64,000 bases of DNA from Calditrichia bacterium (GCA_027006055.1 JALTKX010000085.1:668-64667); one strand, 5' to 3'; positions 17,430 through 25,770 are shown, counted from the first letter of the stretch. A program made the numbers and translations. The notes: generated from the sequence alone by a model not told the origin.

Positions 17430-18499
17430 TGGATAGTGTTACCGGCCTGTTACCCGGACAGTGGTATAACCTGCTTCGGGATAACGGATTTAAGATTAGC
17501 CGGCCGGGGCGGACGGCCCTAATTACCGCCCTCAGCTTAAGAAACAGGAACTACCTTAAAAAAGAAAGGAGCCTTTATCCCGCGGAACCGCCTTCGGCGC
17601 CGGTCTCTCCGCCGCCCCTGTTTATTTTGGGACATTGGCGCAGCGGCACCACCTTTCTGCATAATCTTTTAAGTCTGGACGAGCGGCTTACCTTTCCCCA
17701 TGTCTATCAGGTAAACAATCCTCACACATTCTTGCATATCAGAAATTGTTTTCAAAAGGAACTCAGGGAGCGTTCCGCGAAGAAACGATCCATGGACAAC
17801 ATAAAGACCTCACCCGTTTCTCCGGGAGAGGATGAGTTTGCCCTGGCCGTCTTAACCCTGACCTCGCCACTGATCGGCTGGTTGTTCCCACAGCGGCAGG
17901 AATACTATGACCGCTACACTACTTTTGAAAAGGTCGCCCCGGAAGTTACGGAGCAGTGGAAAAAAAGCTATGGCGCTTTTTTCAGCAAAATTCAGTATGC
18001 CGATCCGGGCAAGCCCATTCTTTCAAAATCGCCCTTAAACACGGCCCGCATAAGGCTTTTAAATTCCATCTTTCCGGGAGCGCGCTTTATTTTTATCCAC
18101 CGCCATCCCTTGCAGGTTTTTAAATCAACCCGCCGTCTGTACGACAGCGCCATCGCGCTTTCCGCTTTACAACAACGGAAATACGACGTCGACGCGCGCA
18201 TCCTGAAACGCTATGCGGAGATACACGACGCTTATTTAGAGCAAAAGAGGGAGATTGACAGCGACAAGCTTTTGGAAGTATCTTTTGAAGAACTCGATTC
18301 TGATCCGCTTAAGGTGCTCCAACAGATATACCGTTTTCACAAGCTTGAGGGTTTTGATGATTTAAAAAAGGAAGCGGAACCGTATCTGAGCGGCCTGAAC
18401 CATAAAAAGAACAGATACAATGAGGCGGAGCCCGGAATCATTGAAAAAATTAAACGGCATTGGGAACCCTTTTTGAGGGAATGGAATTACAAGCTTTAA
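17429..18499 (+). CDS. PAPS-dependent sulfotransferase family protein (ST2), paralogue of ST1
   Basis: GHWRSGTTFL and KSPLNTARIRLLNSIFPGARFIFIHRHPLQV. It is collinear with ST1 over the whole length, roughly 40 percent identical by eye. The ATG at 17429 overlaps the ST1 stop (TAATG). Confidence 0.82.
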   Translation: MDSVTGLLPGQWYNLLRDNGFKISRPGRTALITALSLRNRNYLKKERSLYPAEPPSAPVSPPPLFILGHWRSGTTFLHNLLSLDERLTFPHVYQVNNPHTFLHIRNCFQKELRERSAKKRSMDNIKTSPVSPGEDEFALAVLTLTSPLIGWLFPQRQEYYDRYTTFEKVAPEVTEQWKKSYGAFFSKIQYADPGKPILSKSPLNTARIRLLNSIFPGARFIFIHRHPLQVFKSTRRLYDSAIALSALQQRKYDVDARILKRYAEIHDAYLEQKREIDSDKLLEVSFEELDSDPLKVLQQIYRFHKLEGFDDLKKEAEPYLSGLNHKKNRYNEAEPGIIEKIKRHWEPFLREWNYKL

Positions 18500-18538
18500 T
18501 TTTTGTAAATTACACCTTGCTCACTTAATATAACGATA

Positions 18539-19516
18539 ATGAAATATTTAGTATTACTAACAGGTCTGACCGGGTTGCTTTTCCAAGGGTGTGACGCGCC
18601 CCGTCTGAATCCATTAGACCCGGCCGCCGAAAATTATCAACTTCAGTCCGAAACGATTCAGTTGCGCCGTTTAAGCAACCCCGCCCTTCCCGTTCCCTCG
18701 GTGCGTGTGCTGGCTCCGGAGATCGGTCTGAGCGGCCTGAGCGACGCCAACGGAGACGTTCGTTTTTCCCACGGACGGATCGCAAGCTATGCCGTGAGGA
18801 CGGAAAGCGACCTCTATTTTGACAACGGCGCCACCATAAAAGGCGGCGCCTTTAACGATCCCCTGCTGTTAAACGCCAGACCGGTTATCCATAGCCGGAT
18901 CGTCCATTCCATTTATAACAACACCAACAAATCAACCGAGTATCTGGCCCGTCTGGAGGTTAACGATCCCGATGGTCTTACCGACATCCGCGCCGTGGAA
19001 CTTCAGATAGCGGAAAATGCCTACCGGGATACCCTGCGGGTGTTGGACGGCATGAAGGGGCTTTTTATCACCAACAAAAATATAACTGAAATCGACGCGG
19101 GAATGACCGCCGGTGAGTTACCGGAAAAACACTTTTTCTTTACCGTCTTCAACCAAAACGGGGACTCGGTACAAACGGACGCCTCAACAATAACCCGGGT
19201 TATCGTGCAGGATATCTACTTTACGGAACCGGCGCCGCAAAGCACGCTCAGCGGCGATATCACCTTCCGTTGGAATGATTTTAGCCTGGATTATCCCTTT
19301 AGCTTTGAGCTGGAGATTTTTGCCATCGTGGACAACAGTTTTCAACTGATAAAAAAGTATGAGGCCATTCCCTCCGTTCAACGGGAAATGACTGTCAGTG
19401 ACGGTCAGGTGCTAGCCTTGCTTTCGCCGTTAAACAACTTTGCCCGTGTCAGTATTGTTGACAATTCACAAAATATTTGTTATTCCGTTCCACTCTTTTT
19501 TACCTACAGTCCGTAA
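18539..19516 (+). CDS. Lipoprotein, function unknown
   Basis: Signal peptide with lipobox LLFQGC. No motif I recognise in the mature part. Confidence 0.6.
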   Translation: MKYLVLLTGLTGLLFQGCDAPRLNPLDPAAENYQLQSETIQLRRLSNPALPVPSVRVLAPEIGLSGLSDANGDVRFSHGRIASYAVRTESDLYFDNGATIKGGAFNDPLLLNARPVIHSRIVHSIYNNTNKSTEYLARLEVNDPDGLTDIRAVELQIAENAYRDTLRVLDGMKGLFITNKNITEIDAGMTAGELPEKHFFFTVFNQNGDSVQTDASTITRVIVQDIYFTEPAPQSTLSGDITFRWNDFSLDYPFSFELEIFAIVDNSFQLIKKYEAIPSVQREMTVSDGQVLALLSPLNNFARVSIVDNSQNICYSVPLFFTYSP

Positions 19517-19517
19517 T

Positions 19518-20972
19518 ATGTCACAATTCGATTCCATAGACCTAAAGGAGCTGGAAGCTCTGCACGCGCTTACGGAAAAGATGGCCTCCCTCGAGGACGA
19601 TCAGGAAATCCTGAGGACGGTATTAAAACACTTCGTTATTCAGATCGGCGCGGAGGTGGGCGCGTTTATATACTACGACCGGCAAAGCGACAGCTTTGAT
19701 ATACGGATTATAGAGTCCACCCTGCCCGTACATGATGAAGCGAAATATTTTTCCCAAACGGTTTTCAGGAAAATACTGGAAACGCGCCGCGCCCATCTTA
19801 GTTTTGATACCGGCACGGATGAGGAGCGCCCTCAAAGTAAAAGCATTGTCATTAATCAGATTCACGCCATTCTGGCCTTTCCCCTGATCATTAACGATCA
19901 GGTATACGGCATCATGTATTTCGACAGCAGGCACAGCCGGCAAAAATTTACCGAGGAGTCCCGGCAGCTATTGGCTTTTTTCGCGCCTATCGCCTCCCTG
20001 ACGCTGGCCCGGGCACTTAGCGGAAAGGAAATCCGCCGGGAAAATGCCCTTTTAAAAAGCCGCCTGCCCGGTGAAAAACTGCCCGACATTATCGGGGAAT
20101 CCGCCGCCATAAAACAGGTAACGCGCCTGGTGCATAAAGTGGCCCCCACCGACGCCTCCGTATTGATACTCGGAGAAAACGGGGTAGGCAAGGACCTCGT
20201 CGCCCGGGCCATTCACCGTTTGAGCAAGCGCCGCCACAAACCCTACATGGCACAATTCGTGGGCAACCTCCCCGCCACGATTTTGGAAAGCGAACTTTTC
20301 GGATATAAGAAAGGGGCGTTTACCGGAGCGAACTCGGATAAAATGGGTATTTTTGAGGCCGTGGACGGAGGAACCCTTTTCCTTGATGAAATTTCCGAAC
20401 TCTCCTTTGATCTGCAGAGCAAGCTGTTGCGTGTTTTACAAAACAAGGAGATTAAGCGGCTTGGCGAAAACACGATCCGCCGGATAGATGTGCGCATTAT
20501 CGCCGCCACCAACAGGGACTTAAAGCAAATGATCGCCGAGGGACGTTTCCGGGAAGACCTCTATTATCGGCTCAATGTCATATCCCTTACCGTTCCCCCC
20601 TTGCGGGAAAGGCGTGATGATATCCCCCTGCTGGCCGAACATATCCTGAAAAAACTATCGGGGGAGGAGGAACGGCGTCTTTCCGCGGGGGCCATAAAAA
20701 AACTCATGGTCTACAACTGGCCCGGCAATGTCCGCCAATTGGAAAACGTTTTACAACGGGCCCATATAGTCAGTGAGGAGGAGACGATCCGGGAAGAAGA
20801 TATTTTACTTGACGACGCGGGAGAAACCATGGACGGCACCATGGAAGAGCTCAAGAACCGGCTTATCCGCCAAAGATTAGAGCAGTTTAACGGTAATAAA
20901 ACCCTTGCGGCTAAAAGTCTGGATATTTCCCTGCGTTCACTGCAAATGAAAGCCAGGGAGCTGGGCCTGTAA
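19518..20972 (+). CDS. Sigma54-dependent transcriptional activator (GAF - AAA+ - Fis-type HTH)
   Basis: Walker A GENGVGKD, ESELFGY, the GAFTGA loop, an N-terminal GAF-like region and a C-terminal HTH (NKTLAAKSLDISLRSLQMKARELG). The start ATG at 19518 lies 1 nt after the previous stop. The tracked upstream extension overlaps the lipoprotein gene. Confidence 0.9.
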   Translation: MSQFDSIDLKELEALHALTEKMASLEDDQEILRTVLKHFVIQIGAEVGAFIYYDRQSDSFDIRIIESTLPVHDEAKYFSQTVFRKILETRRAHLSFDTGTDEERPQSKSIVINQIHAILAFPLIINDQVYGIMYFDSRHSRQKFTEESRQLLAFFAPIASLTLARALSGKEIRRENALLKSRLPGEKLPDIIGESAAIKQVTRLVHKVAPTDASVLILGENGVGKDLVARAIHRLSKRRHKPYMAQFVGNLPATILESELFGYKKGAFTGANSDKMGIFEAVDGGTLFLDEISELSFDLQSKLLRVLQNKEIKRLGENTIRRIDVRIIAATNRDLKQMIAEGRFREDLYYRLNVISLTVPPLRERRDDIPLLAEHILKKLSGEEERRLSAGAIKKLMVYNWPGNVRQLENVLQRAHIVSEEETIREEDILLDDAGETMDGTMEELKNRLIRQRLEQFNGNKTLAAKSLDISLRSLQMKARELGL

Positions 20973-22489
20973 TGACCATCGACCGCTACCGGATTATAGA
21001 AGAGATCGCCCGTAACGGCCCGATTACCGTTTACCGCGCCCATCATGAGATATTAAAGCGCATAACACTCCTGAAGGTGTATGACGGCGCCGACCAGGAG
21101 TTGATTGCCCGCTTTGAGGAAGAAGCCCGCATCGTGGCCGCCCTGGAATCCGACTTTGTCACCCGGATTTATGATTTCGGTTTTGCCAACGACCATCTCT
21201 TTTTTATTGCCGCGGAATATGTGGAAGGGGGCAACCTGACCCGCTATCTTTCCCGGCGGCAACCGGACATGGAACAACGGATCCGCCTGTGCGCGCGGAT
21301 AGCCCAAGCGGTATGCTATATACACGACAAGGGGTATATACACCGCGACCTGAAACCGGAGAACATTCTGGTTACCGGGGAAGGAGAAATAAAACTCACC
21401 GATTTCGGCATTTCCCTGCATGAGGCGATAAAAAGGCACACCCCGGATCAAAAGCTGGTGGGCACGCCGCTGTATATGGCGCCGGAACAGGTGAATAATT
21501 TACCGGTAAGCAGGCAAACGGACATCTTTGCCCTGGGGACCATTTTTTACACACTTTTCACGGATCACCCTTTCGACGCCCCGTCCTATGGGGAAATATT
21601 CGCTAAAATCATCAGCCACCGCCAGCCGCCCCTGGCGGAAACGGATGCGCGGATACCGGAATGGTTCTCGGAACTGGTTCAGCAGATGTTGCAAAAAAAG
21701 GCGTCCAAACGGCCGGAAGACCTGCACTCGGTTCTGCAAACCTTTCGCCGGTACACGGATATGCCAAATAATTCCGGGGATGTGGAGGATGAAAGAAGAA
21801 GAATGCATCCCCTTGCCGGACTTCTTATTCTGTTGGTTCCCTTACTGCTTTATGTGATGTTTTCCATGGTTAGGGAGCGGCAGCAGCGCGAGCCGGTACA
21901 ACCGCTTTCTCCGGCCGACTCAGGCCTAAGCCGCCAACAGGATACCACCGTACAACCGGATTCTCTTCCGCGGCCGGTCAAGGCGCAACCCTCCCGCCCC
22001 GCGCAACAGACGGATAACGACGGCAGCCCGGCCGGACTTACCGTCAATAAGGAACCGGCTCGGCTTTGGGTAAACGCCTTCCCCTGGGCAAGAGTCTACA
22101 TTGATTATGACTTTATAGACGTCACCCCCCTTAAGGATACGCTGCAACTCAAACCCGGCTGGCATAAGCTTCAGCTACAGAATCCCGCCTATGCCACCTG
22201 GACCGATTCCGTGTTTTTAAAGGCGGGGGAGTTTAGGGAACTGGGCTATCATCTGGACTCTTTGTGCTATACCATGCGTATACAGGTTCAGCCCTGGGGC
22301 AAGGTCTACATCGATGGGGTTTATATCGGCGACACGCCTCTTAACAAACCCTTGTTGTTGACTAAGGCCAACAAATCGCTTACTATTAAAAACAGATATT
22401 TTAAAACCTATACGGAAAAGCTTGAATGGGACGGCTCCCCCGTTGTGGAAAGAAAAATCATTTTAGAAAAGAAGGCCGGGATTCAATGA
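20972..22489 (+). CDS. Hanks-type Ser/Thr protein kinase with TM helix and two PEGA-like extracytoplasmic domains
   Basis: HRDLKPENILV, DFG and GTPLYMAPE. TM helix LAGLLILLVPLLLYVMFSMV. The C-terminus has two repeats of the type (A/Q)(F)PW(A/G)(R/K)VYID...TPL. TAATG overlap with the activator gene. Confidence 0.88.
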   Translation: MTIDRYRIIEEIARNGPITVYRAHHEILKRITLLKVYDGADQELIARFEEEARIVAALESDFVTRIYDFGFANDHLFFIAAEYVEGGNLTRYLSRRQPDMEQRIRLCARIAQAVCYIHDKGYIHRDLKPENILVTGEGEIKLTDFGISLHEAIKRHTPDQKLVGTPLYMAPEQVNNLPVSRQTDIFALGTIFYTLFTDHPFDAPSYGEIFAKIISHRQPPLAETDARIPEWFSELVQQMLQKKASKRPEDLHSVLQTFRRYTDMPNNSGDVEDERRRMHPLAGLLILLVPLLLYVMFSMVRERQQREPVQPLSPADSGLSRQQDTTVQPDSLPRPVKAQPSRPAQQTDNDGSPAGLTVNKEPARLWVNAFPWARVYIDYDFIDVTPLKDTLQLKPGWHKLQLQNPAYATWTDSVFLKAGEFRELGYHLDSLCYTMRIQVQPWGKVYIDGVYIGDTPLNKPLLLTKANKSLTIKNRYFKTYTEKLEWDGSPVVERKIILEKKAGIQ

Positions 22490-23271
22490 ATATTTTTATA
22501 ACGCGTCTTATGGCAATCGTGCTGTTAAGCGCTTCCCTGTTTTCTCTCAGGGCCCAGTCGGGACAAAAGGCGCTGAACGATCTGGAGAGAGAGTTCTCAA
22601 AATTTGCCTATGAAAAAGTGATTAAAAAAGGTGAATACTATCTTGGGGAATCCTATATCAATCAAAAAGATTCCCTGGCCATCTATACCTACCTTTTGAA
22701 TGCCGCCTATGCCCTGCAAGATACCTCCCGGGCCAGAAGATATATCAACGGCATTTTGGATATTAACGGTAATTACAGCATGGATGCCAAAACCACTTCG
22801 CCCAAAATAATCGAACTATTCGAGATGGTTAAAAAGCAGCGGCCGCGCTACCCCGGGCCCGAAAAAAAGAGCCCCCCCGCCAAATCCGCGGTTATACGCG
22901 GGCCCTCCGCGGGTCCCGAACTGTTTCTTTCAACACTGGCTCTGCCCGGCAGCGGGCACTGGCAGGCGGGCCTTAAACCGGAAGCCTACTACAAAACCGG
23001 TATAAGCGGCGCTCTTTTAACGGCGCTGCTCTACACCACCGTTCAGGCCGCCCGGCTGGAGAAAAGCTACCTGTCGGCCTCGCTTTCCGGGGAATTTGAG
23101 GCGCGCTATGCCGATTATAACCGTATGTATAAAAGCCGTAATTTTCTGATAGGCGCCTATGTAGCCTGGGGGCTGTATAATGTTTTTGACCTGGCGGAAT
23201 CCATGCCCGGGCTGCATATCAACAACACGGGGGAACGTATCTCCCTGGGCCTTAATATTCGGCTCCGATAA
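22486..23271 (+). CDS. Secreted/membrane protein with TPR-like N-terminus, function unknown
   Basis: Start ATG at 22486 (ATGA overlap with the kinase stop). Signal peptide MNIFITRLMAIVLLSASLFSLRAQ. A C-terminal LALPGSGHWQAG plus hydrophobic segments resembles DUF5683-type proteins, but this is a weak call. Confidence 0.5.
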   Translation: MNIFITRLMAIVLLSASLFSLRAQSGQKALNDLEREFSKFAYEKVIKKGEYYLGESYINQKDSLAIYTYLLNAAYALQDTSRARRYINGILDINGNYSMDAKTTSPKIIELFEMVKKQRPRYPGPEKKSPPAKSAVIRGPSAGPELFLSTLALPGSGHWQAGLKPEAYYKTGISGALLTALLYTTVQAARLEKSYLSASLSGEFEARYADYNRMYKSRNFLIGAYVAWGLYNVFDLAESMPGLHINNTGERISLGLNIRLR

Positions 23272-23276
23272 ATTTT

Positions 23277-23311
23277 ATGCATTTTTTTCATTACTATGCA
23301 TTTTTTTCATA
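23277..23311 (+). repeat. Tandem direct repeat 2 x tatgcatttttttcat (period 19 nt); candidate enhancer (UAS) for the sigma54 activator
   Basis: Exact 16-nt copies at 23277-23292 and 23296-23311, about 75-110 nt upstream of the -24/-12 element. Each contains the ATGCAT palindrome. Confidence 0.55.
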
Positions 23312-23385
23312 GTAAAAACTGACATTTATTTCTTTCACTATCTTCTCTTCCCCCATTGTTCCCGTTTTAAGCGCTTTTATTTTTA

Positions 23386-23401
23386 TGGCACGGCTATTGC
23401 A
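23386..23401 (+). promoter_or_regulatory. Sigma54 (-24/-12) promoter
   Basis: tggcac-ggcta-ttgca is an exact match to TGGCAC-N5-TTGCA. It lies 47 nt upstream of the ATG at 23448, with AGGAGG at 23437-23442. Confidence 0.75.
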
Positions 23402-23447
23402 AAGCTGTACCGTGTTCAAAAGTAACCACTATCCACAGGAGGTACAT

Positions 23448-25649
23448 ATGAAAAACATATTTACCAAAAGGTTGCCTCTTTTTGCAGCAACCCTGTTTTT
23501 TTTCTTTGGCGCCGCGCAGGCGCAATTGTTCCCCACCGTTTCGGGGACGGTAACACTGGACAGCGTTCCGGTTCCCAATTTTACTCTGTTTCTCTCCCCG
23601 ACAGACACAACCCTGAATATTCCCGGTCTGCCCCAGGAGACGGCAGAGGATGGTACATACAGCTATAACCTTATTCCCGGCGTCAGCTACACCATCACCG
23701 CCTACGATACCTTTTCCTACAAACCTTTCAGTGAGACGGTAACGGCGGAAGGCACAAACAACTACATCGTTGACATTGCTCTGGAAGCCCGTCCTCAAGA
23801 CGCTCAGTTTGCCGGTTCCGTGGCTTTTCAGGGAAATGCCGTATCCACCGATATTTATCTGTTAAAACTGGATGATGGCGTTGACCTTTCCGACTTCGAA
23901 CAGGTAGAAAGCTACTATGCCCCGCCGGTGGTTCCCGTTCGTTGGGCTTCTTATCATTTTATGTCCGATGATAAGGGCGCCTTTAACGGCGGATTGCTCT
24001 TCGGTAAGTATGTAATCTATGTTCCCGGCAATGATCAATATCTGCCTTACTGGTCAGCCTTTGAGGCCAACGGCGATATTTCCGCTTTCGCCATTAATCT
24101 GGTTGAAAAGGTTTCCGTATCGGGCGCCGTGGCCAATTTTGAGGGATACAGCAGTGTTAAAGTCGGCGCTTTTTCCATAAATGCCGGCCGGCCGTTTTCC
24201 GCCGAAGTCAATATGCAGGACGGAACCTACAGCCTTGATGTGGCGCCGGGCGAATATGTTTTCCAGATAACGGCCTACTTCTTTGTCGATGATGAGCCCT
24301 ACACCTATGTCGCCTACTATGACGGCAAATCCAAGCCTTCCGAGGCCGATCATGTTATGGTGGAAGGCGATATGCAGGGCATCGACTTTACCTTGCCGAA
24401 TCCCGATGTTTCCCCCTTTACCGTCACCGGCATGGTCAGCAGCAATCAAAGCGGAGCCGCGATTGCCGGCGCTCATGTGACCGTTGTCAGCGTTAATGCC
24501 GCCCAGAACACAATGCGCAGCTATGACGCCGTGACCGATGAAAAAGGCATGTATACCATCAACGCCCAGACACTGCTTGCCGAAGATTCCCTTATAGCCT
24601 TTGTCAACGCCGATGGTTTTTTTGCCGAATTCTATGATAATCAAACAACATTCCTGACAGCCGACAAGGTGGTTTTCCGTCCCAATGATGTTATCACCCT
24701 GGACTTTGGCCTGGATACACTGGATACCAGCAACGGCTACAGGATCAGCGGTACCGTAACCGATACCCTGGGCAACCCCATTCCCTTCGGTCAGGTAACG
24801 GCCTATACTACGGCAACCAATATCGGCGTAACCTATGTTATGGTCGACTCCCTGGGCAACTATTCCTTCGACGCCATCTTTCCCAGTGGCAGCACAGTTT
24901 ATCTGCAATGCTGGGCCGGTTACGATTATAAGCCTCAGATGTATGATCATGCCGATACATGGGAAGACGCCACACCGATTCAGATTGACAACGCCGATGT
25001 CAGCAATGCCAACTTTGAGCTGAAGCCCATGCCGGCCAGCCGCTTGCCCCTTGGCTATATCAGTGGCACGGTTGTGATCAACAATAACGGTGTTAATGCC
25101 GCGGAAGAAAATCCGTATGAAGGGGTTAATGTTTATCTCCGGGATAAGGAAACGAATAAGGTTAAGCAGGTTGACTTTGTTGATGAAAACGGCAGCTATA
25201 CCCTGCCCATCGAGACTTATGGTTCCTATGAAATTATCGTATCCGCTCCGGGTCACGAAGACCTTGGTCAGGACGTCGATGTAACACAGGAAAGCGGTCT
25301 GGATGTAACCGGCGTTGAAGTTAGCCTTGGCCCCACGGGTATTGAAAATCCGGTTGACGGATTGATGCCCAAAACAACTCAGTTGCATAACGCTTATCCG
25401 AATCCGTTTAACCCCTCTACCACGATTTTGGTTGACATGGCTCAAACTGAAGTTGCCAGCCTGACCATTTATAACGTGGCCGGACAAAAAGTGGCTACAC
25501 TGTACAGCGGTGTTCTTCCCGCCGGAAAGCGTCAGTTTACCTGGCACGGCGTGGACGCCAATGGCCATCAGGTGGCTTCCGGGTTATACTTTTATCAACT
25601 GAGAACTAAAGAAATGACCCAAACGAAATCTATCATCTTCCTCAAATAA
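23448..25649 (+). CDS. Large secreted surface protein with Ig/carboxypeptidase-regulatory-like repeats and T9SS (Por) C-terminal sorting domain
   Basis: Signal peptide MKNIFTKRLPLFAATLFFFFGAAQAQ and repeated (G)(T/S)V.D..G.P(I/V) beta-sandwich-like units. The C-terminus YPNPFNPSTTI...LTIYNVAGQKVATL...FTWHGVDANGHQVASGLYFYQL matches the TIGR04183-type sorting signal. Confidence 0.85.
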   Translation: MKNIFTKRLPLFAATLFFFFGAAQAQLFPTVSGTVTLDSVPVPNFTLFLSPTDTTLNIPGLPQETAEDGTYSYNLIPGVSYTITAYDTFSYKPFSETVTAEGTNNYIVDIALEARPQDAQFAGSVAFQGNAVSTDIYLLKLDDGVDLSDFEQVESYYAPPVVPVRWASYHFMSDDKGAFNGGLLFGKYVIYVPGNDQYLPYWSAFEANGDISAFAINLVEKVSVSGAVANFEGYSSVKVGAFSINAGRPFSAEVNMQDGTYSLDVAPGEYVFQITAYFFVDDEPYTYVAYYDGKSKPSEADHVMVEGDMQGIDFTLPNPDVSPFTVTGMVSSNQSGAAIAGAHVTVVSVNAAQNTMRSYDAVTDEKGMYTINAQTLLAEDSLIAFVNADGFFAEFYDNQTTFLTADKVVFRPNDVITLDFGLDTLDTSNGYRISGTVTDTLGNPIPFGQVTAYTTATNIGVTYVMVDSLGNYSFDAIFPSGSTVYLQCWAGYDYKPQMYDHADTWEDATPIQIDNADVSNANFELKPMPASRLPLGYISGTVVINNNGVNAAEENPYEGVNVYLRDKETNKVKQVDFVDENGSYTLPIETYGSYEIIVSAPGHEDLGQDVDVTQESGLDVTGVEVSLGPTGIENPVDGLMPKTTQLHNAYPNPFNPSTTILVDMAQTEVASLTIYNVAGQKVATLYSGVLPAGKRQFTWHGVDANGHQVASGLYFYQLRTKEMTQTKSIIFLK

Positions 25650-25679
25650 GCTAACTCCTCAAATTAGCTTAACCCCAAG

Positions 25680-25712
25680 GTCCCCCGAATATCCCCGGGG
25701 GACTTTTTTTTT
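25680..25712 (+). terminator. Rho-independent terminator of the T9SS-cargo gene
   Basis: 8-bp GC stem gtcccccg / cgggggac (25680-25687 / 25696-25703), followed by T9 (25704-25712). Confidence 0.85.
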
Positions 25713-25714
25713 GC

Positions 25715-25750
25715 AAAAAAAAAGGATTCTATCTTCAACATAGAATCCTT
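25715..25750 (-). terminator. Rho-independent terminator of the convergent GNAT gene
   Basis: 11-bp stem aaggattctat / atagaatcctt (25722-25732 / 25740-25750). An A7 run on the + strand (25715-25721) gives a U-run on the minus strand. Confidence 0.75.
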
Positions 25751-25770
25751 TTTTACTTCACGTTTAACTA

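Noticed and set aside
2-18499. The NRPS cluster as a GC-rich horizontally acquired island.
   Set aside because: Sampled lines of purL and guaB are similarly GC-rich (about 50-60 percent). The NRPS is therefore not an outlier relative to housekeeping genes. No integrase, transposase, tRNA or direct repeats flank it inside the window.
24054-25568. A 504-aa antisense ORF inside the T9SS-cargo gene. Similar shadow ORFs occur inside guaB (50336-51319), hutH (52869-53555), the 2-hydroxyacid dehydrogenase gene (48982-49650), the hydrogenase large subunit gene (63019-63693) and feoB (45506-45979).
   Set aside because: In every case the opposite strand encodes a protein with clear family motifs. The shadow translations have no recognisable motifs, signal peptides or RBS-supported starts.
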